In this document: in pieces, positions 1-9,900 of the stretch
Layout of the letters: the number at the start of each line of letters is the position of its first letter
Position numbering within the stretch: position 1 is the first letter of the stretch
Source: Deltaproteobacteria bacterium
GTDB taxonomy: Bacteria; Myxococcota; Kuafuiibacteriia; Kuafuiibacteriales; Kuafuiibacteriaceae
Length of the DNA stretch: 64,000 nucleotides
Reading direction: 5' to 3'
Assembly: GCA_040218735.1 (NCBI GenBank)
Contig: JAVJQW010000008.1
Span: 32,001 to 96,000 of the forward strand
Program-made: the position numbers and the translations under genes
The notes under the pieces: generated by a model
Told to the model about the DNA's origin: nothing
The model's input: only the letters and a program-made list of their open reading frames with translations
Database searches by the model: none

Positions 1-2
1 AG

Positions 3-1244
3 TTCGACGGCAACGGCAACATCGTCGCGACGCCTCTGGAGGTCGGCGGCGAGACCGTCGCGATGCAGGAGGGCTGGGTCGAGGTCGAGCCGTACTGGGC
101 GCCGGGCACCACGGTCCGCGTGTGTGGCTTCGACGCGCAGCCGAACGTCTCGGCGACGGTGTGCCCCGGTCCGGTGGAGCGGTATCCGTTCGTGGAGCCG
201 ACCTGCAACCAGTTCCGCCAGTTCGCAAACGCGGTGCAGGCGCCGTTCGACGGCACGACGGTCGACTGCAACGGGCGGCAGGCGATCTTCGCGCCGAACT
301 GCGGCTGCGGACCGAACCTGAACTACTGCCAGACGCAGGAGACGGGGGCGATCATCCGCGCGTCGCTGCTCGAACAAGAGCTGCGCGTCGTCGACGAAGT
401 CATCCGCGAAGGGCGCCCGTACCACGAGGCACTCACGCAGAAGTCCGTCGACTTCAACGGGCCCATCGCCCACTACCTCGAGCACCAGGCCACGCTGTCG
501 TTCGACCTCGAAGCCGCCGGCGACCCCGACGCGCCGCCGCCGCCGATCCCGTACTCGGACTTTCAGTGGATCCGCGTCGCGCGCACCGGCCGCCACGCCG
601 GGGTGCTGACCACGCCCGGCTACCTGCTCCGGTTCACCACGTGGCGCGGTCGCGCGCACCGCTTCTACAACGCGTTCGAGTGCAGCTCGTTCATCCCGAA
701 CGGACCGCTGCCCTCGCCGCAGGACCCTTGCTCGGACCACGAGGACCTCACGCAGCGCTGTGGTTGCGACGCGTGCCACGAGGCGCTCGAACCGATGGCC
801 GCGCACTGGGGGCGCTTCTCGGAGTACGGGTTCAGGAACCTGACCGAGACGCAGTTCCCGAGGAACGGCCTGGGCAAGTGCTCGCCGCCGCTCGAGAGCG
901 TGGACGCGCTGATCGACTGCTTCCGCCAGTACGAGCTGGAGCCGGTCGGTGAGGAGCAGGCCTACGCCGGGCAGCTCAACGCGTACGTGTTCCGCAGCGA
1001 CGACGAGGCGCGCGGCGTGGACGAAGGCCCGACGCGGCTCGTGCAGCAGTCACTCGACTCCGGGCGGTTGTCGTCGTGCACCGTGCAGAAGATGTGGTCG
1101 CACTTCATGCGGCGCGACCCGACGCAGGAAGAGTACGAGACGATCATCCCCGAGCTCATCGCGGGCTTCGAAGGCAGCGGCCACGACCTCAAGTCCGTCG
1201 TCAAAGCCATCGTGATGCACCCCGCCTACCGGAGGCAGCCATGA
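3..1244 (+). CDS. DUF1588/DUF1585-type cysteine-rich protein with CxxCH heme motif (5'-truncated by window edge)
   Basis: Frame open from position 3; HAGVLTTPGYL, CDACH and C-terminal 'GFEGSGHDLKSVVKAIVMHPAY' typical of this family; upstream of a DUF1501-type gene. Confidence 0.75.
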   Translation, partial: FDGNGNIVATPLEVGGETVAMQEGWVEVEPYWAPGTTVRVCGFDAQPNVSATVCPGPVERYPFVEPTCNQFRQFANAVQAPFDGTTVDCNGRQAIFAPNCGCGPNLNYCQTQETGAIIRASLLEQELRVVDEVIREGRPYHEALTQKSVDFNGPIAHYLEHQATLSFDLEAAGDPDAPPPPIPYSDFQWIRVARTGRHAGVLTTPGYLLRFTTWRGRAHRFYNAFECSSFIPNGPLPSPQDPCSDHEDLTQRCGCDACHEALEPMAAHWGRFSEYGFRNLTETQFPRNGLGKCSPPLESVDALIDCFRQYELEPVGEEQAYAGQLNAYVFRSDDEARGVDEGPTRLVQQSLDSGRLSSCTVQKMWSHFMRRDPTQEEYETIIPELIAGFEGSGHDLKSVVKAIVMHPAYRRQP

Positions 1245-1882
1245 ACAAGAAGAACTTCCTGTGGGCCCTGCCCCTGTTGGTCGCCTGCGAGGCGACGCCG
1301 GAGCCGCCCCCCGTGGTGATTCCGACGCCCGACCCGAAGACCCCGGTGACGTCGACGGAGCAGCCGACGATGCCGGTCGACCACCCCGACCCCGTGGGGC
1401 TCGAGGTCGCGTCACGCGGGCCGCGACGCCTGTCGGTGGAGCAGCTGGAACGAACGTTGGAGCACATCGCGGATCTGCCGCTGGGCTCCATCGAGATCCC
1501 GGAGAACCTCGCGCTGACGATGGGGAAGCCGGACTTCCTCCGCGTCACGGAGGAGTCGCTCGACCCGTCGCCGCTGTACATGAAGTTCATCGTCGACCTC
1601 GGCGGCTTCTACTGCACCGGCATCGCCGACGCGGACCTGAACGCTCAGACCCCGCGCCCCGAGAACCAGCGGTTGATGAACCGCTACCCGGCGAGCGTCG
1701 ACGACGGGCTCGAGCACATGCTGCTGATGTTCACGGGCATCGAGGGTGAGGACGCCGCGCCGTACGTGGAGCGGTTGCGTCGTGCGTACGACGCCGGCGC
1801 GGCCAGCGCGCTTGGTGCGCGCGGCGGCTGGGAGGCGTCATGCCTCGCGCTGTTCACGTCCCCCGAGTTCCTCCTCTACTGA
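1241..1882 (+). CDS. Hypothetical lipoprotein
   Basis: ATGA overlap with upstream stop; MNKKNFLWALPLLVAC lipobox; RRLS motif and 'LFTSPEFLLY' end typical of DUF1585/DUF1501 operon partners. Confidence 0.8.
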   Translation: MNKKNFLWALPLLVACEATPEPPPVVIPTPDPKTPVTSTEQPTMPVDHPDPVGLEVASRGPRRLSVEQLERTLEHIADLPLGSIEIPENLALTMGKPDFLRVTEESLDPSPLYMKFIVDLGGFYCTGIADADLNAQTPRPENQRLMNRYPASVDDGLEHMLLMFTGIEGEDAAPYVERLRRAYDAGAASALGARGGWEASCLALFTSPEFLLY

Positions 1883-1899
1883 AACGAACGGAGATCACC

Positions 1900-3279
1900 A
1901 TGACGAAACTACACTCGAGTCGCCGTGGATTCCTGAAGCAGGCCGCCTTCGGAGCGGGCGGCCTCCTGCTCGGCAGCTCGTTGTCGCGGCGCGCGCTCGC
2001 GCAGACCGGGATGGACGACCACCGCTTCGTGTTCGCCTACTTCGAAGGCGGCTGGGACATCCTGCTGGGCCTCGACCCGCGCGGGACGCAGACCAGCCCC
2101 GAGACCGATCTGATCGATCCGGGTTGGGGTGCGTTGCCGATGAACTACCGCAACCGCGGCATCCGCACGGAGGGCGCGCTGCGCGTCGGGCCGGCGATGG
2201 CGCCGGAGATGGTGCAGCACCTCCCGGACTGTTCGATCGTGAACGCGATCGGGATGGACACCGCGTCGCACGAAGTCGGGCGGCGGTACTTCATCACCGG
2301 GCGCTTCCCGCGCGGCATCGCGGCGGTGGGTTCCTCGACCGCGTCGGAGATCTCGGCGCAGCTCGCGGACGCGCAGCCCATCCCGAACATGTCGGCGGGT
2401 GTCGAGTCGTACGCGACGGGGCTCCCGGCGCACGCGACCGCGCTCAACGTGAACGGCCTGACGGACCTCGTCGTCGCGCTCACGCCGTTCGTGGAGATCG
2501 ACCCGACGGTGGTGTCCGCGATGCAGGCGTACCAGGACGAGGCCCCGGGGTGTGGTGCGCAGCGCCTCGACCGGAACGGGCTCGCGTCGCACCTGCTCCG
2601 CAACCAGAAGCGCGCGCGAACGTACATCGAGTCGCGGCTCGACTCGCTGTTCGATCTGGGCCGGCAGGACGCGGAGATGGAGACACTGCGACAGCGCTAC
2701 GGCATCGGCGGAGGCGACACGACGAACCCGAGCTCGCCGGAGATCCTCTCGTTCGTCGCGGGCCAGGCGCTCAAGAACGAGGTGAGCCGCGTGGTGTCGG
2801 TGCGCGTCGCGCAGAACCTCGACACCCACTCGAACTGGGCGGCGGACCAACCGTCGCGACAGGAGCGCGGGTGGCGGGCGTTGGCTTCGCTGATGACCGA
2901 CCTCAAGGCGACGCCGCTGCGCGACACGGGCAAGTCGATGTTCGACGTGACGACGTTCGTCGTCTTCTCGGAGTTCGGTCGCACGCCGCTGTTCAACAAC
3001 CTGCAGGGGCGTGACCACTTCCTCGGGAACTCGTGCCTCGTCGCGGGCCCCGGCATGAAGCGGAACACGACGATCGGTCAGAGCGCGGTGCGCGGCATGA
3101 TGCCGTACTCGACGGACCTCGACTCCGGCACGGGCGTCCCGTCGCCGACCGAAGCGCAGCTGTCGTCGGGGCGCGTGCAGACGCTGTCGCCGAAACACGT
3201 GCTTGCGACGGTGCTCGAGTCGGCCGGCCTGAACCACGAGTATCTGCGGACGGAGCCCATCCAGGCGCTCCTCACCTGA
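1900..3279 (+). CDS. DUF1501 family Tat-exported protein
   Basis: GGAG RBS; SRRGFLK twin-arginine signal; FEGGWD, DTH, SEFGRTP, GRDH motifs. Confidence 0.85.
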   Translation: MTKLHSSRRGFLKQAAFGAGGLLLGSSLSRRALAQTGMDDHRFVFAYFEGGWDILLGLDPRGTQTSPETDLIDPGWGALPMNYRNRGIRTEGALRVGPAMAPEMVQHLPDCSIVNAIGMDTASHEVGRRYFITGRFPRGIAAVGSSTASEISAQLADAQPIPNMSAGVESYATGLPAHATALNVNGLTDLVVALTPFVEIDPTVVSAMQAYQDEAPGCGAQRLDRNGLASHLLRNQKRARTYIESRLDSLFDLGRQDAEMETLRQRYGIGGGDTTNPSSPEILSFVAGQALKNEVSRVVSVRVAQNLDTHSNWAADQPSRQERGWRALASLMTDLKATPLRDTGKSMFDVTTFVVFSEFGRTPLFNNLQGRDHFLGNSCLVAGPGMKRNTTIGQSAVRGMMPYSTDLDSGTGVPSPTEAQLSSGRVQTLSPKHVLATVLESAGLNHEYLRTEPIQALLT

Positions 3280-3375
3280 GCCAATGCGGACCACCCCGCG
3301 CGATAACGGTGCACCGTAACGGCGCGGCGGCGTGAACCCGCTGCGTCGCTCGGCCTGGCACGCGATTCGCTCTGA

Positions 3376-3960
3376 GTGCGCGGCGTGCGTCGCGTCCACA
3401 TCCTCCCCGGCCGACATCAACCACCCCACGACGATCACTTCGCGCTGATCCGGCACGCGCTCTCGCGCATCGAGGGCGCGCTGTACCTCGGGCTGATCGT
3501 CGACGTCCCCGGCGTCGAGTCGCGCACTCCGTTCGAGCGCGCCGGCAAGATCATGAACGCGCCGGACCGCGCCCCGTACTCGTTCGACGTGCGGCGCGAG
3601 ATGGTGGAGGCCGGCGTCGCGGAGTGCCTGCTCCCGGAGGAGAGCGCGCGGGTGCAGGTGGTCCCCCTCGTGCGTCCCGAGATCGCGTGGGATCTCGTGG
3701 AGGCGATCTTCCCGGAGCGTCGGGTGTGGATCGTGCCGGACGTCGGCGAGACCTTCGACGACCACAAGGCCGCGTTCTTCGCTTCGCGCGGTGACGAGGT
3801 CTTGCGCATCACCGCGCCGACCACCACCTGCGGCTGGACGGTCCGCAACCTGATCGCCGCGCGCGACGCGGGCGTCGCCCGGCACGTCCCTTCGTCGGTC
3901 GTATCGATCCTCGAGGGCCTGCACGGCCCTCATCACCCAGCAAAGGAGCAAGAGGCATGA
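3376..3960 (+). CDS. HxGH-superfamily nucleotidyltransferase-like protein (NMN adenylyltransferase/cytidylyltransferase-like)
   Basis: GRHQPPHDDH resembles GRFQPxHxGH; PYSFDVRREMV and CGWTVRNLI...VPSSV resemble NadM-type segments; start uncertain. Confidence 0.6.
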   Translation: MRGVRRVHILPGRHQPPHDDHFALIRHALSRIEGALYLGLIVDVPGVESRTPFERAGKIMNAPDRAPYSFDVRREMVEAGVAECLLPEESARVQVVPLVRPEIAWDLVEAIFPERRVWIVPDVGETFDDHKAAFFASRGDEVLRITAPTTTCGWTVRNLIAARDAGVARHVPSSVVSILEGLHGPHHPAKEQEA

Positions 3961-5069
3961 AACTCGGAGCAATGATCGTCGGCGTCCGCGGGGCGACCGC
4001 GAGCACGTTGATCGCCACCGCCATGGCGCCACGTGAAGGGGACGTGGCGAGGTATCTCGTTTCTCAGGAGCTGGACGTTCCGCCCGTGGATTCGATCCAG
4101 TGGGGCGGGTGGGACGTCCGCGACGAGACGTGGGAGGAGACGGTGCGTCGGCACGGCGTGCTCGGCGAGGACGCCGCGGAGCGCCTCGAGCGCGTGCACG
4201 TCTACGACGCCGTCGCGTTCGAGCGCGACCACGCGGTGGTGGCGGACGAGACGAAGCCGGCCGTGGAACGCGGCCCCGCGATCGTCGCGCGGCTGCGGGA
4301 CGACATTCGCGCGTTCCGCGCGGCGACAGGCGTGGACCGCGTCGTGGTCGTGCACCTCAGCACGCCCGCGATCCTCCCGGAGCGCGACGCATGGCCGCAG
4401 ACCGCGGAGGCGTTCCTCGAAGCGATCGACCGCACCGCGTTCGCGACCGCGCCGCCGTACTACACGGCGGCGGCGATCGAAGAAGGCGCCGCCGTCGTCG
4501 ACTACACCGCGAGCCCGACGCTGGAGATCCCGGGCCTGGTGGCGCTCGCCGAAGCGCGCGGCGTGCCGCTCGCAGGGCGCGACGGGAGCACCGGGCAGAC
4601 TCTGCTCAAGTCCGTGCTCGCGCAGATGTTCAAGACCCGGCGGCTGCGCGTGCGTGGCTGGTACAGCACGAACATCCTCGGCAACCACGACGGCCTGGTG
4701 CTCTCCGACGATCGCTTCGCCGACACCAAGCGCATCGACAAGACCGCGCTCCTCGAGGAGATCCTCGGCGAGCCGGTCGAGGCGCACCTCGTCGACATCC
4801 GGCACTACGGACCGGCCGGCGACGTGAAGGAAGCGTGGGACGCGGTCGATTTCGAGGGGTGGGGAGGTCTCGCGGGGACGCTGAGAATCAACTGGCGCGC
4901 GTGTGATTCACTCCTCGCGACCCCGGCGATCCTCGACCTCGTGCGGCTGACCGCGCGCGCCGCCGAACAGGGGCGCGCGGGTCTGCAAGTTCAGTTGTCG
5001 TCGTTCTTCAAGTACCCGCTGGGCACCAGCGAGCGCCGCTACCTGGAGCTGGCGAAGTGGCTCATCTAG
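3957..5069 (+). CDS. ino1: myo-inositol-1-phosphate synthase
   Basis: GVRGATAST NAD-binding loop, GRDGSTGQTLLKS, STNILGNHDG, GDVKEAWD, DSLLATP; ATGA-coupled to upstream gene. Confidence 0.9.
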   Translation: MKLGAMIVGVRGATASTLIATAMAPREGDVARYLVSQELDVPPVDSIQWGGWDVRDETWEETVRRHGVLGEDAAERLERVHVYDAVAFERDHAVVADETKPAVERGPAIVARLRDDIRAFRAATGVDRVVVVHLSTPAILPERDAWPQTAEAFLEAIDRTAFATAPPYYTAAAIEEGAAVVDYTASPTLEIPGLVALAEARGVPLAGRDGSTGQTLLKSVLAQMFKTRRLRVRGWYSTNILGNHDGLVLSDDRFADTKRIDKTALLEEILGEPVEAHLVDIRHYGPAGDVKEAWDAVDFEGWGGLAGTLRINWRACDSLLATPAILDLVRLTARAAEQGRAGLQVQLSSFFKYPLGTSERRYLELAKWLI

Positions 5070-5140
5070 TTCGGTAGCGAGGCTGCGCCTCGAACGCTCC
5101 AGGCTCGGCCGAAACGCAGTGCGGCGCATCCTCGCGCTGG

Positions 5141-5579
5141 CAGCCAACAGCGGGCAGCCGGCAGCTTTGTGCCACGACCGTTGCGCCAGCTATCCAGCGG
5201 GCTCGATGCGCCGACGGAACGTGTAGAGCATCCGGCTGATCTCGTCGATTTCGTCGGCGAGTTGTACTTGGTCGCGAGAGGCGACGTACCCGAGGTCCTT
5301 GGCGCACAGGAGGAGGTAGTCCGTCTCGCTCAATGAGCCCTCGGCAATGTTGAGGAAGCGCGCAAAGTCTTGATCGGTCCTGCGCTTGGAGCCCTCGGCG
5401 ATATTCGACGGCACCGAGACCGCTGCACGTCTCAGCTGGGATGTCAGACCGAAACGTTCGTCGTCGGGGAACGCCTTGGCCAGATGGTAGACCCGCAGGA
5501 CGAGCGCGTGGCTGCGAGCATCAGCTCGATCGGGCTATCGAATCAGCACGGATTGCGGTCTGAGCGATCTGCCGGCTGC
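5141..5579. repeat. CAGCnnn heptamer runs forming an 11-bp inverted repeat around the four-helix-bundle gene
   Basis: GCAGCCGGCAG at 5154-5164 and CTGCCGGCTGC at 5569-5579. Confidence 0.55.
5190..5534 (-). pseudogene. Four-helix-bundle (23S rRNA IVP/S23 family) protein lacking its normal N-terminus
   Basis: SHALVLRVY...FPDDERFGLTSQLRRAAVSVPSNIAEG...FLNIAEGSLSET; in-frame TAG at 5537-5535 with no start codon before the conserved body. Confidence 0.7.
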
Positions 5580-5667
5580 TGGCTGCGACCTGCAGGCCCC
5601 GGCGGTCAATCAGCGCAACGAGAGTCGGCCCTTTTCGTCACGGTTCTCTTGGAGCAAGACTCCTAGA

Positions 5668-6165
5668 CTAGCCGTCCATCTTCGCGTTGGCGGCGTCGAT
5701 CTTCTTCTCGAGCACGTCGAGCTCCGCCTCGAACTTCACTTCGAGCTCGGGCCAATGCGTACCGTCGGCGCGCTGCAGTGACTGCAGGTCGGCGCGCGCC
5801 GACTCGAGGGCCCGCTCGACTTCCTGCGCCTTCTGCGGAGCGGTCTTCGGGTCCTTGCGAACCTCCAACACCTTCCACTTCTGCTCGGCGTCGACGAAGC
5901 GCTCACGCAGCTTCTCCGTTCGGTTGCGCTGCACGTCGGTCTGCGCGACGGCCGGTACGTCGGGGCGCTTGGTCTCGATCTTCGGCGTGGGGGTCGGCGT
6001 GATCGGCGAGTCCTCGTCGTCGAGCGGAGCGTCGGGCACCGCGGTGGTCGTCGCGGGGCCCGGGAGCTGCGTGAGCGACTCGGTCTTGCTGGGTTGGTCC
6101 TTGCAGCCGACGAACAGCGCGCCGGCGGCAACGGTCGCGAGGGTGATCTGGATGATGCGTTTCAT
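5668..6165 (-). CDS. Hypothetical coiled-coil lipoprotein
   Basis: MKRIIQ...ALFVGC lipobox, AAGGA RBS, helical charged C-terminus. Confidence 0.8.
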   Translation of the reverse strand: MKRIIQITLATVAAGALFVGCKDQPSKTESLTQLPGPATTTAVPDAPLDDEDSPITPTPTPKIETKRPDVPAVAQTDVQRNRTEKLRERFVDAEQKWKVLEVRKDPKTAPQKAQEVERALESARADLQSLQRADGTHWPELEVKFEAELDVLEKKIDAANAKMDG

Positions 6166-6192
6166 AGTCGTGGGTCCTTCCTTCGGTTCTTC

Positions 6193-6777
6193 CTATTTGG
6201 CGTCGACGGCGACGACGTCGTCCTCGGCGACGCGCGACGGCGCGAAGACGCGGATCTGCACGTCGTGGCGTCCGGTCGAATCCTCCGCCGCCTTCGCGAC
6301 TTGGATTCGCGCCCCGGACACGCCCTCGGCGACGAGCCCTTCGACGACCGCGTCCGCGCGGCGTCGGGCGACGACGTCCTCGCGATCGGCGACCGCGTCG
6401 TCGGCGTGACCGACGACCACGACCTTCGCGAGGGGGTTCGCGCGGATGTGGTTCGCGGCGGTGGCGATGGTGGCGTCACCGACCGGGCCGACGGTCCACT
6501 GGCTCTCGGCGAACAACACGCGGTGAACGGTGGGCGCCTCGACCTGCACGTCACCGGCGACCGGGATCACCTGCCCTTCGGACGCGGGGACGCCGTCGAG
6601 CACCACGTCGGGGACCACGGCGTCTGCGGCGGCGTCCGCGGGGCGCCCTTCGTCGAGTGTGTAGGGGCCGACGGGTTCGGCGGGCTCAGCGGAGGCTTCG
6701 TTCGCCTCGGGCGCGGGGGCCGTCGATGCGCAGGCCGCGAACAGCGCGGCCAGCGGCCAGGTGGCGTAGTTCGTCAT
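6193..6777 (-). CDS. OmpA-like peptidoglycan-binding lipoprotein
   Basis: LFAAC lipobox; VLFAE, VVGHAD, RRADAVVEGL..GV OmpA C-like motifs; alternative start 6792. Confidence 0.75.
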   Translation of the reverse strand: MTNYATWPLAALFAACASTAPAPEANEASAEPAEPVGPYTLDEGRPADAAADAVVPDVVLDGVPASEGQVIPVAGDVQVEAPTVHRVLFAESQWTVGPVGDATIATAANHIRANPLAKVVVVGHADDAVADREDVVARRRADAVVEGLVAEGVSGARIQVAKAAEDSTGRHDVQIRVFAPSRVAEDDVVAVDAK

Positions 6778-6950
6778 GCGCTTGCGGTTCATGGGGCGAT
6801 GAAGAAGCAGGCTCCGTGCCACCGGCCCGTAGCGCCCTCACGGGGTCCAACCCCGATGCGCCGCGCCACGACTGTGACGCAATGCCCCAGCGCCGACCGG
6901 CGCCAACTGGCCGCCGAACACTCGACGCGGTAGCCTCGAAGTCAGGCGCC

Positions 6951-9900
6951 TTGGCAAAGCTCGAGCTCGGTCCCATCTCCGTCGAAGCGCTCATCGGCCG
7001 CGGCGGAATGGCGGACGTGTTCTCCGGAACCCACGTCCGGCAGAACACCCCGGTCGCCGTCAAGGTCATCACCGCGACCTACGCGATGGAGCCGATGTTC
7101 GCGCAGTGCTTCGAGAACGAAGTGCAGTCCGTCGCGCGTCTGCACCACCCGGGCATCGTGATGGTCTACGACTACGGTCGGATCCCGCACGACTTCGAGT
7201 TCACCCCCAAAATCAAGCTCGCGAAGGACAGCCCCTACCTGGTGATGGAGCACGCGCACCACGGCGCGCTCGACCGCGTGAAACACACGCTGAAGTGGTC
7301 GGCGCTCCGCGCATTGTTGCTCTCACTCCTCGACGCCCTCGCCCACGCCCACGCGCGCGGCGTCCTCCACCGCGACATCAAGCCGGGCAACATCCTCGTC
7401 TGCGGCGCGAACGAACCACGCCCCGGCATCAAACTCACCGACTTCGGCATCGCCCACGCGATGGAGCGCGAGGGCGTGCCCAGCGCCTCAGAGATCACCG
7501 GCGGCACGCCGTTGTTCATGGCGCCCGAACAGTTCGACGCCTCTTGGCGCGACTACGGTCCGTGGACCGATCTCTACGCGCTCGGATGCCTCACGTTCCT
7601 GTACGCGACGGGGCGCCCGCCGTTCGTCGGCGACCACCCGATGGCGCTCGCCGTCAGCCACCTGAGGAAGGCGCCGCCGCGTTTTCAACCGGAGCACGCG
7701 ATGCCCGTCGGCCTCGAAGCGTGGGTGCTTCGTTGCCTCGAGAAGGATCCGCGCGATCGTTTCCGCGTCGCCGCCGACGCCGCGTGGGCGTTGCGCGCGC
7801 TCGGCGAGCCGCGCGACGAGTCGGCACGAGAACGCGAGCCGAGTGTGCTGCGGGTGATCTCTGCTCCGGCCGCGCCGACCACGCCGAACGACGCGCCGCC
7901 CCCCGAGTCCGAGCTCTCCGAGCGCACGTACACCCTCGTCTGGGACAACGCGCTCGACCGCGACACCGAGGAGCTGCAGGACACGATCACCGACCTGCAG
8001 CTGGACCTCGACGAGACCTCCGGCTCCGAAGAGACCTCGAACGTCCCCGACGACATCCTCTCGTTCCTCGACGACACCGACGACGCCGACGCCACGGAGG
8101 CGGAGATCGTCCTCCGTCGCCCCGACCCGCTCCTCCCGACGACGCCGCCGCTGCCGACCAGCTGGCGACGCCCCACCCCCGACGGTCCGCCCGTTCACCT
8201 GATGGGCGCGGGCCTCGGGCTGTACGGCCTCCGCAGCATCCCGATGGTCGGGCGCGACCGCGAGCGTGATCTGCTGTGGCACGCGTTGCGCCTCGTCCGC
8301 GACGACGCCAGCGCACGCGCGGTGGTGCTCACCGGGCTCGCCGGCACCGGCAAGAGCCGACTCGTCGAGTGGATCGCGCAGCGCGCGGTGGAAGTCGGCA
8401 GCGCGACGGTGCTCCGCGCCACCCACGGTCCGCACGGCAGCCCGACCGAAGGGCTCCCACGGATGGTCGCGCGGTTCCTACGCTGCACCGACCTCGAGCG
8501 CCCCGCCGTGCTCGAACGCTCCGAAGAGGTGCTCCGCCGCCTGGGCGCGACGGACCCGTACGAGTGGCAGGTCCTCACCGAGCTGATCACCCCCGCGCCG
8601 CTCGTACCCGACGCGCCGCTCGACTCGAGCCCGGCGGCCCTCACCATCCCCGAGGGTCGCGAGCGTCACGCGATCGTGCTGCGGCTGATCGAACGCCTGA
8701 CCGAGGAGCGCCCGGTCATCCTCTGGCTCGACGACGTTCACTACTCCCCCGATGCGATCCAGTTCGCGCGCTTCGTGCTCAACGCCCAGAACAAACGGCG
8801 CCGCCCCGTGCTGCTCCTGCTCACCGCGCGCGAGGAGCTGCTCGTCGAACGCGCGCTGGAGGCCAAGCTCCTCGACAGCCTGTTGATGTCCCCGCGCGTC
8901 GGCAAGTTGGAGGTCGAGCCGCTGCCGCTGTCTTCGCACGAAGAGCTCGTCGAAGGGCTCCTCGGTCTCAACCGGCACGTCGCCCACCTCGTCGCTCAAC
9001 GGACCAACGGCAACCCGCAGTACGCGGTGCAGCTCGTCGGCGACTGGGTGCACCGCGGCGTGCTCACGCTCGGAGACTCCGGCTTCTCACTCGTCGACGG
9101 CGAGAGCACCGCGCTCCCCGCCGGGATGCACGAAGTCTGGACGAAGCGCGTCGAGCTGATCCTCGAACGACACGAGGCATCGCAGCGCACCGCGCTGGAG
9201 ATCGCGGCGATCCTCGGGCGCGACGTCGACCAGATCGAGTGGGAGGCCGCGTCGAAGAAGGCGGGTGTGAAGCCTTCGCCTGCGCTGATCGACGACCTCG
9301 CGACGCGGCGCCTCGCGCAGAAGACCGAGCTCGGCTTCTCGTTCTCACACAACATGCTGCGTGAGACGCTCGAACGCATCGCGCGCGAGCAGAAGCGCTA
9401 CGAAGGCCTGCACCAGCTCTGCGCGGAGATGTTGTACGAACGCTACGGCACCCTCACGCGCGGCATGGCGGAGCGCATCGGTCGTCACTACCTCGCCGGC
9501 GGCTGTTACAAGGACGCGCTGTCGCCGCTCCTGCGCGGCGCCAACGAACGCTTCGCCGCGAGTGAGTACCTCGAGACCGAGGAGCTGCTGCGCGACTACG
9601 AGCGCGCGCTCGAGGCGATCAACGTGCCGAAGGCCGACCCGCGGTGGAGCGACTGCTGGGTGCTCCGCGCGCGCGTCGCGACGGTGCACGGGCGCTTCGA
9701 GGAGGCGACGTCGTGGGCGACCCGCGCCGAGAACAACGCGCGGCGCTGGGACCGCACGCGGGTGGTCGCCGAGGCGCTCCGCGAGCGGGCGCAGATCGCG
9801 TACCACCGCGGCGAGCCGGAGGAGGCGTTGGATCTCTACCAGGGCGCGCGCAAGCTCTTCGAAGAGTTGGAAGACTCACGGGGTGTGGCGCGCTGCCAGA

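Noticed and set aside
5190-5534. Diversity-generating retroelement suggested by an Avd-like four-helix bundle
   Set aside because: No reverse transcriptase and no TR/VR repeat pair seen in the window
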